A stretch of DNA of 29,294 nt from a virus (IMGVR_UViG_3300036796_000091:1-29294), one strand, 5' to 3'; numbered from the stretch's first letter, positions 16,093-24,602 are shown. Program-made: numbers and translations. Notes: a model not told the origin generated them from the sequence alone.

Positions 16093-16776
16093 TTATTGAA
16101 TAAAGCCTTCACCTGTTGAGGTGTTGAAATAGGCCAATGCATGGGTTGCTACTTTCTCGATGGTAGCTTCATCGTAATCAAGCTTGATACTGTTGTTGCC
16201 ATTTAGCTGTACACAACAGAATCTGCCGACACCGTTTACAAATAAACGATCAACACGGTCACGGAATTTCATATTCGCATCCCCAACTAAATTTCTAATC
16301 ATCTTCAGTTGTGTTTGCGGTTTCAATTCTGCATAACCTTTCTTGCCGAACGTTACTTTGAGAATTCTTTGGAGATCTTTCGTCTGGGTGTTCCAACCCA
16401 AACCTTCCAGAACACGTAAAGCAGAAAGGACTAACATTTCTGGTTTTGAGTATGTCCCAGCTTTATTAAAATTGAATGCGCCTTGAGGTGCCATACCTTT
16501 GGTTGTGATTCCAAATTCGTAAACACGTTCTTCTTCCTGTAAGGCAGTAAGCAACAAGTGTCTGTCAACATATCGCATCAAATTGAGTCCACTACGCGTT
16601 GCCTTAATAAGACGCACAGCTTCAGCAATTGTTAACTTAATCCACTCCCCCCGATCACTCCCTGGGAAGAAAGCTTTCCAGTAAAAGAGACGGTTTTCAC
16701 GGACTAAGTAAACAACATCTAATTCTTTCAGCCACTGTTTTGCAATTTCAATGGCAATTTCTTTATTGTCGTTCAC
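16093..16776 (-). CDS. Hypothetical basic protein (possible DNA-binding)
   Basis: 227 aa ORF with GTG start; no motif recognised. Confidence 0.7.
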   Translation of the reverse strand: MNDNKEIAIEIAKQWLKELDVVYLVRENRLFYWKAFFPGSDRGEWIKLTIAEAVRLIKATRSGLNLMRYVDRHLLLTALQEEERVYEFGITTKGMAPQGAFNFNKAGTYSKPEMLVLSALRVLEGLGWNTQTKDLQRILKVTFGKKGYAELKPQTQLKMIRNLVGDANMKFRDRVDRLFVNGVGRFCCVQLNGNNSIKLDYDEATIEKVATHALAYFNTSTGEGFIQ

Positions 16777-16794
16777 TAATTATTTCCAGTAACG

Positions 16795-16962
16795 CTAACA
16801 ACTTTGGTCACAAGGACTCCAACCACAGGTTTTACACTCTTCTGGAGAGTAATTGCAACCATTGTCAGGTTCCCCATTAATCAAAGTCGTTCCACAATCT
16901 GGGCACTCTGTAACAACATCACCTGACTCTGGTTTCAGTTCCCAGCCATCGCAACATCCCAT
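16795..16962 (-). CDS. Small Cys-rich protein (55 aa, 9 Cys; not in ORF track)
   Basis: MGCCDGWELKPESGDVVTECPDCGTTLINGEPDNGCNYSPEECKTCGWSPCDQSC*; SD TAAGG. Confidence 0.75.
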   Translation of the reverse strand: MGCCDGWELKPESGDVVTECPDCGTTLINGEPDNGCNYSPEECKTCGWSPCDQSC

Positions 16963-17063
16963 ACGTTTTACCTTAATGAATATTTGTTATTCCCGTAATC
17001 AACTAATGTAACAAGCCTGAGACAATGCTAATTACCGCACTGTCTCAAGATTGTGATTTATCT

Positions 17064-17447
17064 TTAGAAAGGGATGTCCCGATCAAAATCCATTGGTGGT
17101 TCATTTGTTGGACGAGCACTTCCATCAGGATTATGCTCTTGGTGACTCTGTTGCCCATTCTGAGAATTCTGCTGAGCTGTATTATTCACAGGTGCAGCTT
17201 TGTTGATATACTTCTGAACTTCTTCATCAGTCATTTTGGTAAATGCCAAAGACTGATAACGCTCTCCAGTAGCTTTAGTATGTTGGGTCCATGAACTAAC
17301 CCAAAACCAAACATTGTCAATCATTGCACGACCACGTGCGCCGGGATGTTTAGCTTCAGTTTTCTGGTTGTTCTTATACAGTACGCCGCGCATATTGTCG
17401 TCATACTGTTGGGATTGCTCAGCACTATTGCTATTATTTGCAGTCAT
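17064..17447 (-). CDS. ssDNA-binding protein (Drc/N4 gp2/DUF736-like core) with bacterial SSB C-terminal tail
   Basis: YDDNMRGVLYKN..K....HP...G......WVSSW core, Q/N linker, tail NEPPMDFDRDIPF. Confidence 0.75.
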   Translation of the reverse strand: MTANNSNSAEQSQQYDDNMRGVLYKNNQKTEAKHPGARGRAMIDNVWFWVSSWTQHTKATGERYQSLAFTKMTDEEVQKYINKAAPVNNTAQQNSQNGQQSHQEHNPDGSARPTNEPPMDFDRDIPF

Positions 17448-17592
17448 AACTATTTCTCACATTATTACAAGTTTAGTAGAATTCTGCGTGACAGAATAAC
17501 GCGCAGAGATTTAGAAAATATGATGATGGCTATTATTACTCTAACAGCCATGACTTATTCTCTACCTCCAACTAATGCCAAATATGACACAG

Positions 17593-17760
17593 TTAGAACA
17601 TATCAATTGGATTCTGACGGGGACGGGTATTGTCAACCATCTTGTTCAACTTCTGCTTTTGAGCAGCCAGCAATTTATGGCGAGGTTGTTTATGTAAAAT
17701 ATCTAAAGGAATGGATGTTGTTTTCCAACGAGATGGCTCGTTAGTTGGTAACGGAATCAT
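17593..17760 (-). CDS. Hypothetical basic protein (55 aa; not in ORF track)
   Basis: MIPLPTNEPSRWKTTSIPLDILHKQPRHKLL...IDMF*; SD TAAGG right after the ardA stop. Confidence 0.55.
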   Translation of the reverse strand: MIPLPTNEPSRWKTTSIPLDILHKQPRHKLLAAQKQKLNKMVDNTRPRQNPIDMF

Positions 17761-17771
17761 AAAATACCTTA

Positions 17772-18359
17772 TTAATAATCAGTTAGAAAATAATGTTTTT
17801 CTTCAGAATGGAAGCTACCACAGCTATCCCGTGCAACGTGTTCCCAATCTATATATGGTTCGATGAATTCTGGGATTTTCCATAATGTTCCGATTTGTTG
17901 TTCAGCATATTCTGCATCGTTCCGGAATTCACCAACATAGGCATCTTCAATCTTATCAGCCGTAATACCTAATTTAAGGCCAGCAACGAATGCATCCATA
18001 TCTAGCCATGAGGCTTCCAACTCCTCTACAGCTTCTTCGTACTTCTTCCAGTCGAACGTTCCATACTTACCGTAGAAGTAGTCGGTGAGGCCATCATCTG
18101 TATCAACAATCTCAGAGTCTCGATTAAGGATTTCTTTGGCTGTTGGTTCATCAAGGATGGAAGTTAGATAATCACAAAGCCCACCAGATTCAACTATTTC
18201 TTCAGCATTGAACCAATAATCATATTCATCCAATCCGTAGAATCTGATACAGATATTTGTATTCGTCCGACGTGTAGCTTCGATTGCATATTTTGCCGCC
18301 AAACGATTTAAATTGTTCTGTGCGTCAAAGTATTCACTGACAATGTCTGTAGTTTCCAT
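17772..18359 (-). CDS. ardA: ArdA-family antirestriction protein (DNA mimic)
   Basis: Very acidic; C-terminal IEDAYVGEF...YAEQ...IPEFIEPYIDWEHVARD is the ArdA signature. Confidence 0.82.
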   Translation of the reverse strand: METTDIVSEYFDAQNNLNRLAAKYAIEATRRTNTNICIRFYGLDEYDYWFNAEEIVESGGLCDYLTSILDEPTAKEILNRDSEIVDTDDGLTDYFYGKYGTFDWKKYEEAVEELEASWLDMDAFVAGLKLGITADKIEDAYVGEFRNDAEYAEQQIGTLWKIPEFIEPYIDWEHVARDSCGSFHSEEKHYFLTDY

Positions 18360-18362
18360 AAT

Positions 18363-18800
18363 CTACTCCTTCAGTTGATAAACAAGTTGACGATCACCTA
18401 ATGGGTGTTTGAAGATTCTGATGAATCCTTTCTCATACCATGTTGTATCGCTTCCAACTAATTCATCAGGAGCATCTTTAAGTTCACCGAACACCTTGCT
18501 TCCATTCTCTACAAAATAGAAGTCTTTTGACCGAAAGGTAATGTCTCCCTCGGTAATGCGGTGCATCTTTGGCTTAGGCCAAAAGCGGTGCAAGTAGTAG
18601 TATCCATGCTCACTTTCTTTCATCTCAGCATTTGGTCCAAAGCATTCCTTAACGTATTTCTCTATTTGAGATTTATATTCAGGAATATCCTCAATCGTTT
18701 TCATGCCAGCAATAGTACGTACAACCTTCTTTCCATTAAGATTGCGGATACTTGCAGCACGGCTAACCACTTTTCCAAGTGGATTGTTGTTCTCACACAT
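18363..18800 (-). CDS. Hypothetical protein
   Basis: 145 aa; SD AAGGAG. Confidence 0.75.
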   Translation of the reverse strand: MCENNNPLGKVVSRAASIRNLNGKKVVRTIAGMKTIEDIPEYKSQIEKYVKECFGPNAEMKESEHGYYYLHRFWPKPKMHRITEGDITFRSKDFYFVENGSKVFGELKDAPDELVGSDTTWYEKGFIRIFKHPLGDRQLVYQLKE

Positions 18801-18878
18801 AAGATACTCCTTATGATAAATAGATTGGAGATACCCTCACCGTGGAGGGCATCGCTAATATATCTGCTCAGCTATCAT

Positions 18879-19031
18879 TTAGATTACCAATTCTAATTTA
18901 GATAACACATTGTCCATTTGTAGCCCGGCCTCTCTACAGTAGTAGCTAAATTGACTTACATCCCCATCAAAAATATCGGTAATGAAATGGTAAATAACTC
19001 TCGCTTCATTATTCTCTAGTATTGCTTCCAT
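18879..19031 (-). CDS. Hypothetical protein (50 aa; not in ORF track)
   Basis: MEAILENNEARVIYHFITDIFDGD...LELVI*; SD AAGGAG. Confidence 0.55.
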   Translation of the reverse strand: MEAILENNEARVIYHFITDIFDGDVSQFSYYCREAGLQMDNVLSKLELVI

Positions 19032-19143
19032 ACTTACAGGTTCTCCTTGTTATGGTTATTTATTAGTTGTGGATTTAATTTAGGCATGCTGCATCATATG
19101 CATCCAAGCACAAAATGAGCACGCCCTTATAAACTATTGCAGA

Positions 19144-20031
19144 TTATGCTAGTGCGAACTTAACGATTTCCGCTTCAACTTTACCTGTCGCATTGCGAAG
19201 GTATTCGATGACTCTGTTCTTACTGGCTTTACGCAGATATCGGATTGCTGGGTAACGAACTTCCCCTGTAGTCGTTCTTACGGTTACAGTGTCCTCTTCC
19301 TCTGCTGCTACTATTCCACGAGCATCAGCTCCGCTTTCCAGAATACCACAGTTGCCATCTGCCATAACAATTGAACCATAAGTCACAACGATATCTCCGA
19401 CTTTCAGGCCTTTCAGGGCTAATGGTGTTGTAGCTGCTTTTGCTTCCTCTTCAGTGACTTTAATAAGGTATTTAACAATATTTTTAACACCCTCTTCGCC
19501 CCAGCTGATGTTATTCATTTCAAGACGGTTCCCGTTGCCTAGATCAGTAACTTGGTAATAGTCGCCTGTACTTTTACCACGAACATAATCACCAACTTTA
19601 ATGTTAGCTTCTTCTGCTGGAGTTTTTAGCTTTAGTGCCTCACCTACTTTCTGAACATCCCCAATAAAAAGCTTTGTTTCAGTGCTGTTAAATTCATTTT
19701 TGAATAATGGATAATTACCGCCAGTATCTAAAACTAGGGTGTATCGAGCACCAGTACGTATATCAACTACATGGTCACCAACCTGGATACCTTTACGAGT
19801 AGCCGGAGTGTTGTTCATTGTCTCTGCGGCGCTTGCTATTGTGGCAGGAGATAATTCAGTAGCACTCATCCGCCATACATCGCTGTTGTATTTGTTCCGG
19901 CATTTGAATAGGCTTCCATATACATGGTGCATACAAACTACTATATCACCATTCTCAAATCCTTTTGGATTTGTATAATGAGCGCTAGTAACAACAAGTT
20001 CCATGCCGGTGCAGATATCAGATTTGTTCAT
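19144..20031 (-). CDS. Hypothetical protein made of tandem TP..G.KVGD.V modules
   Basis: TPATRKGIQVGDHV, TPAEEANIKVGDYV, TPLALKGLKVGDIV at about 60-65 aa spacing; SD GGAG. Confidence 0.75.
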   Translation of the reverse strand: MNKSDICTGMELVVTSAHYTNPKGFENGDIVVCMHHVYGSLFKCRNKYNSDVWRMSATELSPATIASAAETMNNTPATRKGIQVGDHVVDIRTGARYTLVLDTGGNYPLFKNEFNSTETKLFIGDVQKVGEALKLKTPAEEANIKVGDYVRGKSTGDYYQVTDLGNGNRLEMNNISWGEEGVKNIVKYLIKVTEEEAKAATTPLALKGLKVGDIVVTYGSIVMADGNCGILESGADARGIVAAEEEDTVTVRTTTGEVRYPAIRYLRKASKNRVIEYLRNATGKVEAEIVKFALA

Positions 20032-20086
20032 TTAATTTACTTCTCCATAGATAAAAAAAACACCAATGGTGTCTATTTATTCAGGT

Positions 20087-20104
20087 TATATATATATATA
20101 TATA
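20087..20104. repeat. (TA)9 microsatellite
   Basis: tatatatatatatatata in an intergenic region. Confidence 0.9.
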
Positions 20105-20152
20105 ATTGAAATACATTAATGCGCACTCTTAGAATGCACATTGTGTATCCAA

Positions 20153-20683
20153 TTAAACAGCTTCTGTTTCTGTGTTAAGTAGCCACTCTGGGCGAATACG
20201 TTTTTCAGATGCAGGGATAAATAGGTCAATAATATCCAAAAGGCGTGGGTAATATCTCAACGATGTCCGTCCGTCCATATTGATTACTTCTTCCCTTGTC
20301 ATATTAAACCAACCTTCCACAGTGTGGTTTTGGCAACCTGCACGTACATACTCACCATTGCAGATGGTAATAGCGTAGTGTTCACCAGTAATGATGAAAG
20401 TATTCTCCGGCAGGTCTGCGGAGCGCAGGTCTGCGTAGCTCAGGTCTGCGTAGCGCAGGTCTGCGTAGCTCAGGTCTGCGTAGCTCAGGTCTGCGGAGCG
20501 CAGGTCTGCGTAGCTCAGGTCTGCGGAGCGCAGGTCTGCGGAGCGCAGGTCTGCGTAGCTCAGGTCAAGACCAGATAAATCCACATTTTGCAGGTTAGCT
20601 TTAACACCTGATGCACCATAACTGCTCAGATAGACCTTGTGATCTTCCAGAATTTTATTCAATTCATTTTGTGATAAACGCAT
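20153..20683 (-). CDS. Pentapeptide-repeat protein with DUF5758-like C-terminal domain
   Basis: ADLRS/ADLSY repeats; C-terminal RAGCQNHTVEGW...MDG; SD GGAG before ATG 20683. Confidence 0.88.
   Translation of the reverse strand: MRLSQNELNKILEDHKVYLSSYGASGVKANLQNVDLSGLDLSYADLRSADLRSADLSYADLRSADLSYADLSYADLRYADLSYADLRSADLPENTFIITGEHYAITICNGEYVRAGCQNHTVEGWFNMTREEVINMDGRTSLRYYPRLLDIIDLFIPASEKRIRPEWLLNTETEAV
20410..20566. repeat. 15-bp tandem repeat (about 10 units) encoding the pentapeptides
   Basis: caggtctgcg(g/t)agc(g/t) units repeated in tandem. Confidence 0.92.
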
Positions 20684-20791
20684 TTGTGTTCTCCAATATT
20701 CGTTTAGGTAAGTTATGAAATTTAAATACACTAATGCCTACTCATTGAATAAGCATTATCTATTCCATTCCCAATTAATGTTGAAAGAGGG

Positions 20792-21016
20792 TTATTTCAA
20801 AGTCTTTGCAATTTCATTCAGAACGAATTCTTCAACAATGATGTAGCAGATCTTCCTGTTAGATAGGATTACATTCAGCCAATCAGATTTGTCCGACCTA
20901 ATCCCAAAATACTCCTGATTAATTCGATACCATCTCACACTCTCTTTCGCGGTGAATTTGTATGTTTCAATTGCTTCTTTGAAAACATCTTCAGGGCATT
21001 GAACCAAGTAAGCCAT
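20792..21016 (-). CDS. Hypothetical protein
   Basis: MAYLVQCPED...; SD GGAGG before ATG 21016. Confidence 0.65.
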   Translation of the reverse strand: MAYLVQCPEDVFKEAIETYKFTAKESVRWYRINQEYFGIRSDKSDWLNVILSNRKICYIIVEEFVLNEIAKTLK

Positions 21017-21142
21017 TCTACCTCCACAGCGGTCCATTCATGTATAAAGTAGGCTATTTATGGGAATAAAGCCATTGAAGGTAGAACATAGCTTCATTCC
21101 ACTCATTTACTGACTGTGGCTTTATTCTATCAGGCATGGATG

Positions 21143-21352
21143 TTACTCACCTTTCTTCTTCGAAGTACAAACTGGATTGCCTGCATTATTCACACATACC
21201 ACAACAGAATCATAATCACTTATTGTTGTCATATCACCAGACATACAGACAATACGATACTCTTTCGTTGCGCATACAGCACCTGCTGTTTTGTCTGCTG
21301 CAAAAACTGATATTACAAATAGTAATAGAATAACTCCGAATAGAAACCTCAT
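21143..21352 (-). CDS. Small secreted/periplasmic protein with 4 Cys
   Basis: Signal-peptide-like MRFLFGVILLLFVISVFA; coupled to the upstream stop (TAATG). Confidence 0.65.
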   Translation of the reverse strand: MRFLFGVILLLFVISVFAADKTAGAVCATKEYRIVCMSGDMTTISDYDSVVVCVNNAGNPVCTSKKKGE

Positions 21353-21510
21353 TATATTAACTCCATTTCTCGTTCTGTATAAACTGTTTCAACCACTGCA
21401 CGAGTAACTCTGTGTCCATCCAGTTCACAAAGATTTATACAAATATCAATGCAAAATTCAGCATCGTAACAGTCATTGATAAGTTTGACGATATGTCTCG
21501 CTACTCCCAT
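21352..21510 (-). CDS. Hypothetical protein (52 aa; not in ORF track)
   Basis: MGVARHIVKLINDCYDAEFC...EMELI*; SD AGGA. Confidence 0.55.
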   Translation of the reverse strand: MGVARHIVKLINDCYDAEFCIDICINLCELDGHRVTRAVVETVYTEREMELI

Positions 21511-21555
21511 AATTCCTAAGTTTCTCCATATTAAAAATCAATACAATAACACTAG

Positions 21556-21846
21556 CTAAATAACGTGATATGACAAATTAACTCTAAATTTGCTACGTAA
21601 GATCTTACGCAATTGTGCCAAAGGGTGATACGCACTTGGCGCATTATCCGCGAAGTAAAACCCTCCGTTCTTGCCAGTAAATAGTGGTATATCTGAACCG
21701 TCGTCGTGGAATAAAGTAATGATATCACCGATTTTAAATCCACTACTACCTTGTTCTACCCAACCGAATTCTGATCGATACCTATTTACTGACATTACTT
21801 CAAATTTATCGCCATCTTTATATCCAAGCTCTTCACAAGGTGTCAT
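21556..21846 (-). CDS. Hypothetical protein (TPCEELGYK.GD module)
   Basis: MTPCEELGYKDGDKFEV...GFKIGDII; SD GGAG before ATG 21846. Confidence 0.65.
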   Translation of the reverse strand: MTPCEELGYKDGDKFEVMSVNRYRSEFGWVEQGSSGFKIGDIITLFHDDGSDIPLFTGKNGGFYFADNAPSAYHPLAQLRKILRSKFRVNLSYHVI

Positions 21847-21848
21847 GC

Positions 21849-22091
21849 TTAACTCCGTGTACATACCATTTCATTAATGAAATCGGTGATATGTGATTGT
21901 AGGTAAGGGAACACAAGATTACGCACTTCCCTTCCTAATTGAATTCTCCCAGTTGTTGGGTATAGCATAATTGTCCCTACTAGTGATGGAATCGCGATTG
22001 TATTATTAGGATTTATAATGTGAGGGATATTCCCAAGAATGCGAACAGCGTCGTCTACTTGGAGTTTCTTTATTGCTGCGTTATTACTCAT
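21849..22091 (-). CDS. Hypothetical protein
   Basis: 80 aa; TAATG coupling. Confidence 0.65.
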   Translation of the reverse strand: MSNNAAIKKLQVDDAVRILGNIPHIINPNNTIAIPSLVGTIMLYPTTGRIQLGREVRNLVFPYLQSHITDFINEMVCTRS

Positions 22092-22336
22092 TACTTAGGC
22101 CTGCGAACGAATGTCCAAGGGTGAACTATGGTATTGAACCAACCCGTCTCCCCAGGATTATGGGACCATACATACAGATCTGTACATTGAGCCTTGTTAA
22201 GTTTAATGGGATAGATGTCGAACTCAGTCGTACCACTATCTTCGATATCAACGACCATTCGTTCCTTGCCTTCAACAAGAATAATGTCTCCTTGTTGCAG
22301 TTTACGCCAGTCAGTAATGGCTAATTTCTTACTCAT
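22091..22336 (-). CDS. Hypothetical protein
   Basis: 81 aa; SD GGAG; overlaps upstream stop. Confidence 0.68.
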   Translation of the reverse strand: MSKKLAITDWRKLQQGDIILVEGKERMVVDIEDSGTTEFDIYPIKLNKAQCTDLYVWSHNPGETGWFNTIVHPWTFVRRPK

Positions 22337-22649
22337 TTAATTCTCCAGATTCATCAGCATCGCAATACGCATCAAATTCATCGTTAAGCTTTTTGCAGTA
22401 TCGCTTAAATGATTTAACAGCTTGCCTGATTTGCTTTGCCGTTGGCTTACATGTGAAACGGACTTCCTTCCAGATGTCCCCCATTGACATGCATAAATAG
22501 AAACGATTAAGAAGATAACGTCGTTTAAGACCGTCAGAAAAGTTATTCAACTCAATCTTTCTTTGGCCGAAGAACCCGGTTGATATATTCAACCTTTCTT
22601 CATAGTGCTGTTCATTCATAGTTTTTCTATTGTCCTCAAAGGTAAACAA
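22329..22649 (-). CDS. Hypothetical protein (PTxKQIR motif)
   Basis: ORF track; the start may instead be ATG 22619 (SD GAGG). Confidence 0.62.
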   Translation of the reverse strand: MFTFEDNRKTMNEQHYEERLNISTGFFGQRKIELNNFSDGLKRRYLLNRFYLCMSMGDIWKEVRFTCKPTAKQIRQAVKSFKRYCKKLNDEFDAYCDADESGELNE

Positions 22650-22866
22650 ATTTACCTAAATCAACCTTTGCAGGGTTTGGTAATTCTAGAGGCTTGCACC
22701 ATAAGCCCACACGTTTGTAGTAATGGTTAATAGTTTTTCTGATTTGTTTCTTCGTAGGTCTTGATATAAATCCGTATTTATACTCCAAAACACAGTCTCC
22801 GATTGCAATCACGAAAAGCTGTAAATCTGGGTCAAAATATTGATGCCGATGAGCTAACAGAAACAT
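22636..22866 (-). CDS. Hypothetical protein (PTxKQIR motif)
   Basis: 76 aa; SD GGAG/AAGG. Confidence 0.65.
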   Translation of the reverse strand: MFLLAHRHQYFDPDLQLFVIAIGDCVLEYKYGFISRPTKKQIRKTINHYYKRVGLWCKPLELPNPAKVDLGKFVYL

Positions 22867-22986
22867 AACCTTTCTCCAATGAATTGTGCCAAATTAAGTG
22901 GCAGAGTTATTCTTCCTCACCAATTAATGTCTCAAACTTGCTTCACTTCTTACAGGCTAGAGTAGAAACAGGTTTGTCTCAGGCTC

Positions 22987-23934
22987 ACATGCAGCAATGA
23001 ATAACAGGCGGTGAAAGAGCTAAATTACAGTAGAAAGGACATTTATCTTTGATAAATAAATGTCCTATTCCAAAGATGAGTTACAAGAGAAACATGCCAC
23101 ATTGTTTCAGAATGACATGCAAGGTTTGTAGCAGATTGGATATTCGAGTTGGCTCAAATATAAGTGGCTCTGAGTGGCAGTATTAAATATTACACATTAA
23201 ATTAACCATCCTAATTCTGTGTCAGACTTAAAAAGAGTGCTACAAGCAGACATGCGGTATTGTCACAATAATGGAACAAATTAAACATGCAAGCCTGTAG
23301 CAAGACTGTAATAGTCAACATGCAGAATTTCGTAGATTAATGTGGCAGTTTTATATGCACATTTGTAACAGTATTTACATGCCAAACTGTTACAGATATA
23401 CAAGCAAATTTAGCCCACGATTTAACATGCCAGAATAGTGATAATTCTGTAGCAAGATGAATTGGCGTAGCCAATAATTTGTATCAGATTGAGTTTGCCA
23501 CGAGAGCTATTCTCAGGAATATCTAAGTATTGTACTGTGATTATGTTGCTGTAATGCTGTGTAAATGCCCGAATCTCCCTCACCTACTTCCCACTCACAG
23601 TTTGCATCTATGCTACCAATTTGTGGAACAAGGGTATCTCACCTTACCACTAGTAGCTGCTGCATCTGCAAATGAAGTCCCTGTAAGATTATTGGGAGAC
23701 TCTTGCATTCATTAACGTAACAAGCTGACATGCTAATATTGTTGATTGCTCGTATCACTCTGAATTGAGAGTGAGGACAATGGGCAGCAATATTGACATG
23801 CCAAACTCCAGCAAAGCTGAATCTTGTTACAGAACTCGGAACATGAGGATTTGATTTATAATCAACAAATCCTCTCGTTCCTAAATTGGTCACAGACTTG
23901 TCTCGAAGAGACGATTTATTCCACATCGACATGC
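22987..23934 (+). repeat. Dispersed, co-oriented array of ACATGC motifs
   Basis: ACATGC starts at 22987, 23092, 23115, 23250, 23285, 23318, 23377, 23425, 23728, 23796, 23929. Confidence 0.85.
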
Positions 23935-24379
23935 TAAATGGTTACTGTATTCGTAGCGCTCCGAACAGGGAGTTCCAAGTAACTTGCTGATGTTCTCCAA
24001 TCTTAGGTGATGCCTCACATACTAGTCACGATTCTCGTAACAACACTCGGAAGCTACTTTGAGTTGCATATGCTCTTAGTAGTTCTCAGTGGATGGAATG
24101 GAAAGTTTCGTGTCCAACTTGCTAATAGGTTGAATCAATCCCGGAGACCCGGAGTTACATGAATGGCCCATATTGATATCTACATCTCACGCTTATTTAT
24201 CCTGGCTGATGCAACCGAGTACCAGTTAGGTCTGAGAAGCTATGCTCCAAGCCTGACATTTTAACGAGTGCCCTAGCTCATGTTTTACGCACAGATTTAA
24301 AGTCTGGTGCAAGACGTTACAGCGATGGAGAATTGCCTTATGGTTGGGGCCTATTCTCCACCTCCAAATAATGCTAAAG

Positions 24380-24535
24380 TTAATGATTAACGTTATGCCA
24401 GCTCGGTCTGGTTTTGGCCTTGCCTTTGACGTTGACCTTTCGGTCAGCTCTGGTTCTGAATGTATGCAGGTAAGTTAGGTTTGCAAAGGTGCTGGTGTTG
24501 ACGTTACCCTCGCGTAGCAACAAGAATATGGCCAC
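24380..24535 (-). CDS. Possible small basic protein (51 aa, GTG start)
   Basis: SD AAGGAGG then MAIFLLLREGNVNTSTFANLTYLHTFRTRADRKVNVKGKAKTRPSWHNVNH*. Confidence 0.4.
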   Translation of the reverse strand: MAIFLLLREGNVNTSTFANLTYLHTFRTRADRKVNVKGKAKTRPSWHNVNH

Positions 24536-24602
24536 ATGCTGTATGCCTCCTTGCAACCTTAATAGAAGCCACCATTCAAGATGGCTTCGATAAGGCTACA
24601 TA

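Noticed and set aside
17346-17744. Plus-strand 132-aa ORF as a possible lysogeny moron
   Set aside because: It overlaps the SSB gene and a minus-strand 55-aa ORF with a good SD, and has no SD of its own; likely a shadow ORF.
20324-20578. Plus-strand AQVCV repeat ORF
   Set aside because: Antisense shadow of the pentapeptide repeats.
23036-23066. 11-bp inverted repeat AGGACATTTAT/ATAAATGTCCT as a terminator
   Set aside because: AT-rich stem without a U-tail; it may be a binding site but is unsupported on its own.
23530-23932. ORFs of 61 aa (+) and 97 aa (-) in the motif array
   Set aside because: No SD and atypical composition; probably incidental.
22987-23934. CRISPR or TIGR array interpretation of the ACATGC repeats
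   Set aside because: The conserved core is only 6 nt, spacing ranges from 23 to about 300 nt, and no cas or Nop-domain gene is recognisable.
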